IMG/VR virus record: IMGVR_UViG_3300007508_000607
Location: 8-64,007 of that record
Origin: a virus
Taxonomy: Duplodnaviria > Caudoviricetes
Direction: 5' to 3' (one strand)
Length of the DNA stretch: 64,000 nt
Positions 1 through 11,168 of this stretch are shown in pieces. Positions within the stretch are counted from its first letter, which is position 1. The number at the start of each line of letters is the position of its first letter. The notes under the pieces are model-generated. The model had not been told where the DNA came from, did not search any database, and saw only the letters and a list, made by a program, of their open reading frames with translations. The translations under genes were made by a program, and so were the position numbers.

Positions 1-2
1 GT

Positions 3-914
3 AATAGTTATAATAATACAAGTACGATTCGATTGAATAATGGACGAACTTCAATAATCTCTCAAATTGTAGATGGTACAGCTTATGGTGATACTGATAT
101 ACAGTTTGCCACCCGTGTATCTGGTACAACAGCTACAAGAATGATTGTTGACCATTTCGGCAGAGTCGGCATCGGAACGACTAGTCCTTCTGAAAAGCTA
201 CATATTGATGATTCTGGTGGTGGGATGATTAAACTTACAAGAACAACTGGTGGGGCTGCAGGAGAATTAGGGGCTATTCAATTTGGAAATGTAGATGTTG
301 ATAGTTATCTTGCAAGTATTAGGGCTTTTCAAGATGGTGGCACTGATGGGGCAAGACTTACATTTTATACAGAAGAAAGTGGGGGTGTTTTATCTGAAAA
401 AATGAGGATAGACCCTAATGGTAATGTAGGCATCGGGACAACATCGCCTTCGCAAAAACTCCACGTCAATGGAATAGGTCAATTTGACAGTGGTATTAAA
501 CCTAACTCTTCATCTTCCACACTCGATGACTACGAAGAAGGGACTTGGACTCCAACTTTTGATGTTGGGACTGCAACTGCAAGCCTTGCGTATTATATAA
601 AAATTGGGAATCTCGTTCATGTGAGCTTAAAAATTGCTTCAATTAGTGCGAGTGGTTCTACAAGCTACACAATAGGAGGATTGCCATACAATCCAAGCGG
701 TACTACATATAGAATTGCAGGAGGAAATGTCATGGTGAATAAGGTTACAAACCCATCTAAATCGCTTTCTTTAATCCCTTACATTAACGGGAATACTAAT
801 AAGATATATTTCTATTGGCAGAAAGGTGCTAATCTGAATTGGTCTGCATTGACAGCTTCTGAAATAGGAACTTCGGCAACGATGTATCTATCAATAACGT
901 ATGACACATTATAG
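3..914 (+). CDS. Tail fibre / virion structural protein, 5' partial
   Basis: Frame open from the window start; repeated G(R/N)VGIGTTSP..LH motifs and an LDDYEEGTWTP C-terminal module typical of phage fibres; TAG stop. Confidence 0.75.
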   Translation, partial: NSYNNTSTIRLNNGRTSIISQIVDGTAYGDTDIQFATRVSGTTATRMIVDHFGRVGIGTTSPSEKLHIDDSGGGMIKLTRTTGGAAGELGAIQFGNVDVDSYLASIRAFQDGGTDGARLTFYTEESGGVLSEKMRIDPNGNVGIGTTSPSQKLHVNGIGQFDSGIKPNSSSSTLDDYEEGTWTPTFDVGTATASLAYYIKIGNLVHVSLKIASISASGSTSYTIGGLPYNPSGTTYRIAGGNVMVNKVTNPSKSLSLIPYINGNTNKIYFYWQKGANLNWSALTASEIGTSATMYLSITYDTL

Positions 915-925
915 GAGAGAAAATA

Positions 926-1225
926 ATGGCATTAAAAAAAGAAGTAACGAATGACAAATACGAGATTGTAACACCCTTCAAGCATATACAAGTGCGTGAA
1001 GCGACTGTTATAACTGAAGGAACTGCAAGTGCAGGGTACACAGAATTGTCTCGTTCATTCAAACGAAGAGTACTTACGCCCGATATGGATGTATCAAGTG
1101 AAAGTGCTGAAATACAAGCATTAGCAAGTGCATTATGGACAGATGAAGTTAAGCAGGCTTGGACTGACCATGTAGCAAGTGTTAATACTGAATTAGAACC
1201 CGAAGTAGTAACAGAAGGAGTATAA
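926..1225 (+). CDS. Small fibre-associated phage protein (99 aa)
   Basis: AGGAG RBS; HIQVREAT...ELSRSFKRRVLTP...LWTDEV pattern recalled from small genes following fibre genes in aquatic phages. Confidence 0.65.
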   Translation: MALKKEVTNDKYEIVTPFKHIQVREATVITEGTASAGYTELSRSFKRRVLTPDMDVSSESAEIQALASALWTDEVKQAWTDHVASVNTELEPEVVTEGV

Positions 1226-1328
1226 CGTGAAAAACGGAGCAGTTAAAATTAAAGCAAGGGATTTAGAGGACCCTTTAGGAGTGAAATAGTTAGAGTCATT
1301 GTCTATAAAATAAACCAGAAAAATAAAC

Positions 1329-2993
1329 TTGAAGAAAACTTTATTGTTTGTGGCCCCACACCTGTCAACAGGGGGATCACCTGAGTGGCTGAGAAAAGTA
1401 ATAAACACTCTAAAAAATAATTTTAATATATATGTAGTAGAGTTCTCTAATATTTCTCCTAAGTATGTTATTCAAAGAAATAAGATAATAGAATTGGTAG
1501 GAGAAAAAAATTTTTATTCTTTGGGCAATACTGAAGCAGGCAGTAAAGGGTACTACGACAGTAAATATAAAATACTAGAAATAATTAATATAATCAATCC
1601 GGACATTATTCACTTAAATGAGATGCCTGAATTATTTACTTACGGTGGTTTTCCTGAGTCTATTTTAGAAATACTATATAGAAAAAAAAGGCCGTATAAA
1701 ATATACGAAACTAGTCACACATCAGCTGGCGAACCTGATAGTAAGAAAGTATTCCTCCCTGACGGGTTTATACACCCCAGTATTTTACATTTCAAACATT
1801 ACAGAAATTTTGAAATTCCCCAGTATTTAGCTGAGTACCCCATAGAGAAAAGAGAAAAAAAAGACAGACATCTATCTTTAAAAAAACTTAACTTAGACCC
1901 TGAAAAAATACATGTTTTACAAGTGGGACTTTTTTCATCTTGAAAAAATCAAGCATATACTTTTAAGTTGGCTAAAGAGACAGAATCTTTAAATATACAG
2001 TATCATTTTGTTGGTAATAAATGTTTTTTAGAGGAGAGTGGACTACCTGAGTATTTTTTAGATTTAAAAAACTGCAAGATTTGGGGAGAAAGAGGTGATG
2101 TCCATTCTTTCTATTCGGCTATGGATTATTTAGTTTTTCCTTCTACTTGGGAATTAAACCCTATTGTGTTAAAAGAAGCACTGTCCTGGGAAATGAGTAT
2201 ACTATTAAATAATTTACCGTCTTACTATGGTTCGTATGATTGTAATAAAAAGGTACAGTTTTTAACTTTAGACCCGTCTAAAGATAAACACATACTTACA
2301 GAAAATTTCAAAGGAATGTTAAGTAAGTCATCTCCATTACTAATCCCTATATATAGTTTTGAATCATTTCCATTATATATGAAATCTTTATCAAAGTCAT
2401 GCAGATCATCTCTCACAGTATCTAAACAGGATAAAATAATGTCATCTAAAAATCTTCAATTTTACCACGGGACTTTCGAATACATTACTATAGAATCTTT
2501 TATGAAAATGTGGACTAACCAAAAAATACATGAAGGATACCCGAGATGAGGTAGCTGGTCAATAGAATATTTAAAATATTTATTTAATGAAGGTGTTTTA
2601 GAGTGTTTTTATATGAAGAAAAAAGGAAAGGTTATATCGGTACATTTTTTATTTAAATGGGGGGACTATGTATACTGTAATTCACCATTATACGATAAAA
2701 GTAAGTACGACTCAATATCTTTAGGTAAGTTAATGTGGTTTCAATTAATTAAGTACTCTATAGGCCAGAAATTTTGTAAGTATTTAGACTTAGATGGAAA
2801 TAACCGGGGCGATACTTTCAAAAATGTCATAAGTGCACAAGAGACCCCTGGAACTCCCGGAGATTTTGGGTATAAGTGGTTCTTTATTCCTGAAAAAATA
2901 AAGAAAATGGATAATGGGTATAAAAATTTATACAATATAGAAATAGTAACAGATAAGAATAGTAAGCAGATAGAATTTAAAACCAGTGGATAG
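1329..2993 (+). CDS. GT4-type glycosyltransferase fused to a GNAT-like acetyltransferase domain (554 aa, TGA=Trp at 1941 and 2547)
   Basis: Three same-frame ORF-track fragments separated only by TGA; APHLSTGG, VGLFSS[W]KNQ and FPSTWELNPIVLKEA motifs; C-terminal SLGKLMW...YLDL..G...YK. Confidence 0.75.
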
Positions 2994-2994
2994 T

Positions 2995-5493
2995 ATGAGT
3001 AAAAAGTTGATGATAGTAGCACATCCAGACGATGAAAGTATATTTGGGTTCTCTGAGTTAATATCAGACAATAATTGGAAGGTTGTGTCAGTATCTGACC
3101 ACCTAAGACCAAATAATGAGTCTGGATTAGTGGAGTTTAAGAAAGCTATGTCGTTTTATAACATTATTGATTTCGAAATATGGGATTTTACAGCCAGTTT
3201 AATAAAGCACTTCCCTAGTAAAGAGTTGGACAAAAAAATAAAAATCCTAATCCAGTCGTCAGATTGAGGAAAAATAGTTACACACAATCCTATAGGAGAA
3301 TATGGACACATACAGCATAAGGACGTTTTTGATTCGGTACAAAAAGTAACATTTGATTTTTTTGTATTTTGTAAAGATCAGGTAAAATTAAATAGTGAAA
3401 GATTAAAACTAAAAAATGAAGTTCTTAGTATTTATAGTGGAACACAAGACTCTTTTTTAAAAGCCGATTGTCCTTGATGGGTAAGTCCAGACAACTCATC
3501 TAATTATATAGAATATGGGAATGTATCAAAATATTCTGAAGAAAAAAATACATCAGAATTTATTAATTGTTTAGAAAAAGAATATGGGAGTTGGGAACAT
3601 AATTTGAGTCTTAAAAAGAGAAAAAGCTTAAAAGTAGATTTAAAGGGGTTTAGTAAATTAGATGATTTGTTTAATGGGGTTGAAATGGGCAGTAGTAGTA
3701 ATTTAATTATAAAAGATTTTTTTCCATCATTTAGAGATAATGTAAATATTTCTTTTTTGGACGGACCTAAGGTTAGCATTTCAGGGAACTCAAACTGCGA
3801 GTATAATATCAGGTTTATAGACTCCGACTCAGAAAAAATTATATTTAACTCTACTATAACTTCTGGGATGTGGTCACAAGCTAATCAAAAATTTTTTGTA
3901 AGATGATTAATTGAGGTTGAGGACACATCATCAAGAATAGTAGAATCCTTTAATTTCGATTGCTCAGGAAAAATAGTTTATATAAAGTTTTCCAGTAAAG
4001 CGATAGGGGACACTATCGCTTGAATACCTTATGTTGAAGAATTTAGATTACAGAATAAATGTAAAGTTATATGCTCGACCTTTCATAATGACTGGTTTAA
4101 AGATATTTATCCTAATGTGACGTTTGTTCCGCCTGGTTCGTCCCAAGATCAGGTGTATACATCTTTTAGTATTGGATGGTACTATGATAAAACAATGAAC
4201 CCAGGAGACGTCAGAACCATACCGCTGCAACGAACGGCTTCTGACATTTTAGGCTTAAGGTACAGAGAAATAAAGCCAAGTATAAAGGGGGTAAGCGATG
4301 ACCGACCAATTAGTCAAAAATACGTCTGTATTTCAGTACAATCAACTGCACAAGCAAAATATTGAAATTGGCCAGGAGGTTGAGAGAAGATTGTAGAATA
4401 CTTACATGATAAGGGGTACAAAGTGGTTGTCATAGACAAATCTTTTGATTTTGGAAACCAATTAGTTAGAAATGTAGCGCCAAAAAATGCTATTGATAAA
4501 ACTAACGGAAGCCTAGACATGGCCATGAATTACATAAAACATGCAGAACTTTTTATAGGGCTTGGGTCAGGACTAGCTTGAATGTCGTGAGCTATAGGGA
4601 CCCCTGTAATTTTAATATCATCTTTTTCAAAACCGTGGTGTGAGTTTTCATCTGGGTGTGAGAGACTATATAATGATAATGACATATCCGGATACTATAA
4701 TAATTTAAATAATAAATTAGATCCTTCTGATTGAAATTGAAATCCTATAAAAGTCTGTAAAACAAAAGAGGATTGGTATGAAATGGAGACTATTTCCCCG
4801 TTACAAGTAAAGATAGCTATTGATAAATATTTGGATTTTAATACAGAAGATATGTCTGATGAACAGTTAAAAGAAGTTGGAGGATATTTTAAATATTTTG
4901 AGGTTAATGACAGCGACATTGTAGTTGACTTAGGTGCTTGTATTGGTTCTTTTGCTAAAGAAGCATTAAAACGGAATCCTAGTAAGTGTTATTGCGTTGA
5001 AGGGTCTAAAACAATGTTTGATATTTTAAAAAAAGAAATGTCCGTTTATAGCAATGTAAAACTTTTTTACAAGTTTATAGGTGATAATATACAAGATGAG
5101 AATTTATTCTTTACCAGTAATACTGAAGTAGAAGTTATGACATTTTATACCTTCGTAACTGAAAATAATATTAAAAAAATTGATTTTTTAAAAATAGATG
5201 TAGAAGGGTCCGAGTTCGATATCATCAGAGATAGAGATAGCTTGAATTGGATATCCCGTAATGTACGTAAAATAGCTGGTGAGCTGCATTTATTAGGCAG
5301 CGACAGGTCAACACAAATATATAGTTTTATTAAATCTATAGAATCGAGCGGATTCAACCTAGTTTTTAATAGTTTGGACGGGGCCGATATAACTGAAAAC
5401 ATAGTTAGTAATAAGTACTTAAAGTCAGAGGCAACTAGCTCTTTTAATTATTATGATGAAGTGTTATTTTTTGCTTCAAGGGATGAGGTGTAA
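2995..5493 (+). CDS. Tri-domain protein: PIG-L/LmbE-like deacetylase + AAH/TibC-like O-heptosyltransferase + FkbM-like methyltransferase (832 aa, 10 TGA=Trp)
   Basis: Single frame with no TAA/TAG; VAHPDDE and THNPIGEYGH; GDTIA[W]IPY, QAKY[W]N and GLGSGLA[W]MS[W]A; VDLGACIG and LKIDVEGSE. Confidence 0.8.
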
Positions 5494-5496
5494 ATT

Positions 5497-5886
5497 ATGC
5501 AAATTGAAGTATCAAATGGAGAGATTGTAGATAAAATAACGATTTTAAAAATAAAATTAAGAAATATTAAAAGTAAAGATAAGCTGGTAAACATAAAAAA
5601 AGAACTGTTTGAGTTACTCCCTAATTTACGAAAAATAGGGTTAAAACAAAAAAGTTCTTTATTTAAAAAGTTAGAAAGTATCAACTTGACTTTATGAGAA
5701 ATTGAGGATAAATTAAGAGAGAAGGAGTTACGAGAAGAGTTTGACAGTGACTTCGTAAAATTAGCTAGAAAAGTATACTATACTAATGATGAGAGGTCAG
5801 AAATTAAAAGAAAAATAAACATAGAGACTGGATCTTCCTTTATAGAAGAAAAAGGTTACGCTGATTATAAGAAGCAGGAGATTTAG
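5497..5886 (+). CDS. DUF6165-like protein (129 aa, TGA=Trp at 5695)
   Basis: GEIVDKITILKIK...INLTL[W]EIEDKLR...LARKVYYTNDERSEIKRKIN...EEK pattern; family often sits beside glycosyltransferases. Confidence 0.75.
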
Positions 5887-5888
5887 AC

Positions 5889-6383
5889 ATGCCAACAAGA
5901 TCTGAGATGATAACAAATTACATATCGTTCGATGACCAATTATTTGTAGATAGGTTAAGAAAGTGGTTGAATGATACAGTAGAACTGAATGTACTAGAAG
6001 AGGTACAAGAGTCCTCAGATGAGGAACTACATCACGCTCTACAAGATACGTTGGATGAAATAAATTACGAATTTTCTCCATCCTCAAATTATAAAACCTT
6101 TGGACAAGTTCCTAGCTGGAATCTTCTAAAGCTAGGAGCTACCCTGCAGGTTTTAACAAGTAAAGGAATCATGTCTTCCCGCAACACCATCACATATAGG
6201 GACGGAGGAGGAGTAACTGTACAAGACATGGATAAGTATGGAAGATACATTAATTACTTCAATATTCTTATCACAAAGTATTCTAGAGGCGTAATGAATA
6301 TGAAAAGAAGTGCTAATATAGACGCAGCCTATGGAGGAGTAGGGTCTGAGTACGGCACAGACTACTGGGAAACTATAAAATAG
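5889..6383 (+). CDS. Putative head-tail adaptor / neck protein
   Basis: AGGAG RBS, intact 164-aa ORF, position upstream of tail genes. Confidence 0.55.
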   Translation: MPTRSEMITNYISFDDQLFVDRLRKWLNDTVELNVLEEVQESSDEELHHALQDTLDEINYEFSPSSNYKTFGQVPSWNLLKLGATLQVLTSKGIMSSRNTITYRDGGGVTVQDMDKYGRYINYFNILITKYSRGVMNMKRSANIDAAYGGVGSEYGTDYWETIK

Positions 6384-6384
6384 A

Positions 6385-7170
6385 ATGCTAACATTAAAAT
6401 CATTGGATGTCAATTCTTTTGATATAAATAGTTTCACACTTACTTGAGAATTTGATCCCACATTTGAACTTATATCTGATTATAATATTGATGTATATAG
6501 ATCAGAGTCCCCCAATCTAGGAGAAATAACAGACTACGATCACGTAGCGTCAGGCATTGCAGCAACCAACTACTCTTACACAGACATAGGCGTATCTGGG
6601 CTTTACGACCCACACCGTAGTTGGTACTATAAAATAAAACTTACAGACACAGATACAGCTGAGACAAATGTAGTACCATATATGCCCGCATATGTAAAAG
6701 ACATAAGTATTGATAAAGTAACAAAACATGTATTAAGAAGAAAGTCTTTAGCTCTAAGGAAGTATTCGGGACGTACATTAAAAGTTTTAAAAAAGAGGTC
6801 CTGAGGAACCAGGTGTACAGAATGTTGGGACGACACCCTTATGAGGGTGACTGATGACTGTAACACATGTTATGGAACTGGGTGGCTAGAAGGGTACTTT
6901 ACACCAATAGAAATAAAAGGAATGTTAAGCCCGTCTCCTAAAATAAACCAGATTACTATGTTTGGGGAATGGATGCCAAGTGACACTTTACTTACTATGT
7001 TAAATTTTCCCCCACTGAAGCCTAGAGACATTATAGTAGATGATGTAAATAAACGATGGATCGTAAAAAATATAAGAACTATTGAGAAGGATGGTTTTAT
7101 AATTGAACAGAGTGCCCAACTAAACTTAATTTCTCAAGATGACCTTATTTATACTATACCAGTCGTTTAA
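6385..7170 (+). CDS. Putative neck/head-closure protein with N-terminal FN3-like domain and Cys cluster (261 aa, TGA=Trp at 6445 and 6802)
   Basis: ATG at 6385 in frame with the 6841 fragment; TLT[W]E...VYRSE FN3-like pattern; CTEC...CNTCYGTGW. Confidence 0.65.
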
Positions 7171-7178
7171 AATAAAAC

Positions 7179-7207
7179 TTGACAATTTTTTGCATCTTGG
7201 GTACATT
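7179..7207 (+). promoter_or_regulatory. Sigma70-type promoter (probably leaderless transcript)
   Basis: TTGACA-17 nt-TACATT; ATG 7213 lies 5 nt after the -10 box. Confidence 0.6.
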
Positions 7208-7212
7208 TAACT

Positions 7213-7410
7213 ATGAAGTTCATTATAGACGATCTAGATATGAAAGATGAAGGGGAGACTATCTTAAAAGAAGCAGAAATGGAAGTGGTCTCTGAAGCGG
7301 AAGGAGGCATGAAAGATAGTATCGAGTCTACTACTAATATACAAGTAACTCATAACCACATACCAACAGATTTAAAAACTTACCTATTTAAAGAAATAGA
7401 GGGTTTATAA
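7213..7410 (+). CDS. Hypothetical acidic protein (65 aa)
   Basis: ORF after the promoter, TAATG overlap with next gene. Confidence 0.55.
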   Translation: MKFIIDDLDMKDEGETILKEAEMEVVSEAEGGMKDSIESTTNIQVTHNHIPTDLKTYLFKEIEGL

Positions 7411-8312
7411 TGGCAGTTAGCACAGGAAACTTAAGTTTAGATGTAAAATATCTATTTATTACTTTTTTACAAGAGCTATTCTCCGAGGATTCAAAGTTTA
7501 CTTGGAATTCTAATGTAAGAAACACTAAGTTAATAATATCTGATAAAAATGCTATAGATCTTGGAGTAGTTGAAAAAAAACCGGCCTTAATAATTTCAAG
7601 AGGTGCAATGGCTTGGACCTTTACAAGTTTTTCTAGATCAGGCGCTAATCCAGAATTTTTGTATAAAGACGGAAAAGAGACGTTGGCCGGGCCATTAGGG
7701 TCTGCTGACTCAATAAAAAATTCCTCAGTCACTGACTTATTGAGAGCATCAGTTACAATAACGTGTGTAGCAAAACACGGGGTATTGGCAGAAGAACTTG
7801 CAAACTTAGTATTTACGGCTTTAACCGCTAATAAGACAGACTTAAGAGCGAACGGTATTCATAAGATTCAAGCCCTATCTTTTGGGGAAGAACAAATTTT
7901 AAAGTCTAGTTCTGGTATTGATTTGTCAGCAGTGGCAGTACAAATGCAGTACTTGACGCAAAAGGAAATAAGAAGAGGAGAAAAACAGTACAACATACAG
8001 ATATGGAAAGATGGTGTAGAGCAGTATGAAGGAATAGACTATAGAGTCGAGTTACCTTATGCCACGGATGTCATCTTTGAAGTGGACCCTGGAAGTGACT
8101 CAGTAGTTACCGGATCATACCTAGACGCTATATCAGGAGATTCTCACAACAAAGTTACTTTTGTAAGGGTTTCTTCGGCACACTACTCTGTTCCAATAAA
8201 CAGTGTGTATGGGTATTATAGAGTTGTAGAAGGAATGCTTATCGATATACCAGAAGAAAACGATGTCCTTGTGACGTCGGGCGGGCAATTTGTGCTCGTA
8301 GGAGAATCATAA
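7410..8312 (+). CDS. Putative tail completion/terminator protein
   Basis: 300-aa ORF directly before sheath; PALIISRG...SVTITCVAK...AEELA pattern. Confidence 0.55.
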   Translation: MAVSTGNLSLDVKYLFITFLQELFSEDSKFTWNSNVRNTKLIISDKNAIDLGVVEKKPALIISRGAMAWTFTSFSRSGANPEFLYKDGKETLAGPLGSADSIKNSSVTDLLRASVTITCVAKHGVLAEELANLVFTALTANKTDLRANGIHKIQALSFGEEQILKSSSGIDLSAVAVQMQYLTQKEIRRGEKQYNIQIWKDGVEQYEGIDYRVELPYATDVIFEVDPGSDSVVTGSYLDAISGDSHNKVTFVRVSSAHYSVPINSVYGYYRVVEGMLIDIPEENDVLVTSGGQFVLVGES

Positions 8313-8430
8313 ATACAAGGCTAGAATGTATCAAATTGCAGCAAAAGACGTTGCAATTTACATCTGAGCTTATCTAGCTAGAGCTCAGTATAATAACAAT
8401 ATTATAATATTATAATTGGAGGAAAAAATA

Positions 8431-10053
8431 ATGGCGTATGTCAAACCTGGAGTTGAAATAACTCAAGTACAAAACACGGCTACACCGGTTTTAATTGCTC
8501 CCGACTTAGAAGCAGTAGTTGTTGGTAAAGGGTACTATTGGCAGGACCCTACTCTTGATTCATCAGAGTACTCTGTCAGTTATTCTGGAGCCAGCATGAC
8601 TATTAACTTAAGTGACATAAACTCAGACTTTAACTCATTAGTTTCTGTAAATGACGAAGATCTCATTGTTGTTGACCTTTATGGTTCTGCAACAGTAGGG
8701 CAAGGAACAGAAGTGAAGCATCTTGTAAAAGATACTGATTGGAGTTATTCTAACGGTGATGTTACTCTTGTTTCTGGTATTACCACGCCAGGCTCAGGAA
8801 GTGCTTATGAACTTGCTTCTGTAAAGATTGGCTTTAGGGCCGATAATAGCGAAGCTATGGGATTTAAGAAAAGTTTAGCAAGTCCGGACGATATTAAAGA
8901 CGTGTTTGGTGGGGAAATAGTAAGTTGGAACCCACTAGCATATGGTGCGAAGTTAGCACAGGACAATGCATCTGCATCTGTTAATACTTATTGTATAAGC
9001 GGCGTATCAAGTATTTCCACAGAAATGTCCAGTGCAAGATCAGCACTAGCTTTAGAAGAGGTTTATGCTATAGGTGTTTTAGATAGTAAAGCAGGATCAA
9101 GTGGTTGGAAGTCTCATGTAGAGGACTATTCAGACGCAGTAAATAAAAAAGAGAGAATTGTATTCTTGACGGATGACGTAGTATATGGTGACTATGAGGG
9201 GAACAGTACTAGTGAAAAAACCACTATTGCTGAAACTTTAAGAACTAATAATGCAACATTCCAATCAAAAAGAATGTTTATGGTTCATCCTGATGTAGCA
9301 TATACGGACAGTGGATCACGACACATATCTACAGCACACCCTGACTGGATTGACGCAAGTTTTAAAGAGCACACTGGATTTGATATGTCTAGCCGAGGTG
9401 CTTATGCGTTATTCGCAAAGCCGGAGTCTGTTGGCAATAAAAATTATAAAGTAGGAGATAAAATCACTAGCTCTGTACATGCTGAATTAGTTTCAGCAGG
9501 GTATCATAGTGTATTTGTTTTTTCTCCTATCCCTGGTTTTTATTTTAATGCAGCAAATGCTGGGTTATGTGTAGGAGTTGCTCCAGAAGCACCCTTATCT
9601 AATGTTCCTATCTCAGGAATTTCTAGGACTTACGGATCTCAGGATTACTTTACAGAGGCTCAAATGAACACCATGGCTGAAGGCGGTACTTATATTATGA
9701 CTCAACTTTCTAGCTCGGCTCCCATTGTATCTAGGCATCAAACTAGTACCGATGTGACGAGTGTAGCTAAAAGAGAGTTAAGTATTACCAAAGCTTTAGA
9801 CTATACTGCCAAATTTTTAAGGAAGGGGTTAAATCCTTATATTGGTAGACACGTAGTAACACCTGCATTTTTAAAAATGTTAGAAAGTGTTCTTATTAGT
9901 CAAGGGCTATTCTTAGTACGAGCGGGAGTATTAAACGACTTGCAAGTTGCAAGTGTAAAACAGGATGATGCTAATCCAGATACTATTCAAGTAGAACTTA
10001 GTCTCTTGGTTAAGTATCCTGTTAACTACATTAAAATAAAAATGGTATTTTAG
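8431..10053 (+). CDS. Contractile tail sheath protein
   Basis: GGAGG RBS; N-terminal YVKPGV, C-terminal RELSITKALDY...DTIQVELSLLVKYPVNYIKI sheath signature. Confidence 0.9.
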   Translation: MAYVKPGVEITQVQNTATPVLIAPDLEAVVVGKGYYWQDPTLDSSEYSVSYSGASMTINLSDINSDFNSLVSVNDEDLIVVDLYGSATVGQGTEVKHLVKDTDWSYSNGDVTLVSGITTPGSGSAYELASVKIGFRADNSEAMGFKKSLASPDDIKDVFGGEIVSWNPLAYGAKLAQDNASASVNTYCISGVSSISTEMSSARSALALEEVYAIGVLDSKAGSSGWKSHVEDYSDAVNKKERIVFLTDDVVYGDYEGNSTSEKTTIAETLRTNNATFQSKRMFMVHPDVAYTDSGSRHISTAHPDWIDASFKEHTGFDMSSRGAYALFAKPESVGNKNYKVGDKITSSVHAELVSAGYHSVFVFSPIPGFYFNAANAGLCVGVAPEAPLSNVPISGISRTYGSQDYFTEAQMNTMAEGGTYIMTQLSSSAPIVSRHQTSTDVTSVAKRELSITKALDYTAKFLRKGLNPYIGRHVVTPAFLKMLESVLISQGLFLVRAGVLNDLQVASVKQDDANPDTIQVELSLLVKYPVNYIKIKMVF

Positions 10054-10063
10054 GAGGTAGAAA

Positions 10064-10735
10064 ATGAAAAATTTACTAAATTGGAACTTCAAATCTGGTA
10101 ATGTACAATCAGTTACGAATTCTACAGATTTTCTTTCGTCTGAGTCAGTTATTCTGTGCGCAGGTACTCCGCGATACGATGATATGGACAGCCCACTAGC
10201 TGAACTTATTCCTGTAGGATTAATTCAGAATGCTACGGTTTCTCAGAATAAACAAATTCAACAGTTGTTTGAAATTGGCTCTAGAGAGCCTGTGTTTATA
10301 CCTGGAAGAACAGTAGTGCAGGTTGCTGTATCAAGGATTTTATTTGATGGAGAATCGTTAATGCGTGCATTGTATTCTAACGCCAACCCTGATTTCGCTG
10401 ATTCAGTGTTTAAGGGGGAGGGTGACGATAGAGCACCTGGGTTACCTTATACGACTGCAGGGAGCTCGAGCAAGTTTTTTATAAACTTAGCAGCAGAGTT
10501 CTTTAACAGGCCTATGGGATTAGCTTTTATTCTAGAAGATATGGACAATGACGAAGCTGGGACATCACGATATGGTGGATTTTACTTAGAAAATTGTAGA
10601 ATTCAGTCGCATCAGTTCTCTGTTGCTAGTCAACAAACTATCTTGTTGGAGAATATTGGACTTAGAACTTCTAAGTTAATTCCTATACATGTTAGTGATC
10701 AAATATCACCTGATAAAGTACAAACAGAAGTATAA
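10064..10735 (+). CDS. Tail tube protein
   Basis: AGGAGG RBS; follows sheath; GLIQN...QQLFEIGS...IPGR tube-like motif. Confidence 0.8.
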   Translation: MKNLLNWNFKSGNVQSVTNSTDFLSSESVILCAGTPRYDDMDSPLAELIPVGLIQNATVSQNKQIQQLFEIGSREPVFIPGRTVVQVAVSRILFDGESLMRALYSNANPDFADSVFKGEGDDRAPGLPYTTAGSSSKFFINLAAEFFNRPMGLAFILEDMDNDEAGTSRYGGFYLENCRIQSHQFSVASQQTILLENIGLRTSKLIPIHVSDQISPDKVQTEV

Positions 10736-10762
10736 TCTTAGAAGACCTTAGGATTTTAAGTT

Positions 10763-10805
10763 AAAAAAATAGGGAGGAGTTTTCCTCCCTATTTCTTTAT
10801 TTTTT
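10763..10805. terminator. Bidirectional intrinsic terminator between convergent blocks
   Basis: AAATAGGGAGG-agtttt-CCTCCCTATTT with A run before and T-rich run after. Confidence 0.85.
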
Positions 10806-11168
10806 ACTTAGCCCACTTTCCTTCAGACACAATCCTTGAAATAACTCCGTAGACAGACAAATCTCCGAAAGCATCCACAACAGATTCATTCTGTGGCTCT
10901 CTCATTGTTTTCACAACTAAATTCAAAAGTCTCTGAACCTTATCATTCATTCGTATTATAAGACCTGTCATACTCATCCTTATCTCACTTTCATCATTCA
11001 AACTTGTCCCCAAACTAATATTCCCAGGCCCATAGTCCATCTGTTTCTCACAGAATATCTTATAGTCTTCTGACTGAATCTCTTTAAATCGTTCCATCAT
11101 GCTAGGGTATACTCGCTCACAATACGCTATAGCATCTTCTTTTTTACTACTACTTTTATTTCTATTCA
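10804..11168 (-). CDS. DUF1599 / nucleotide-modification-associated domain protein
   Basis: FCEKQMDYG...IRMNDKVQRL...ESVVDAFGDLSVY motif. Confidence 0.7.

Noticed and set aside
1227-1289. 20-codon GTG ORF between fibre and glycosyltransferase genes
   Set aside because: Too short to support despite an upstream AGGAG
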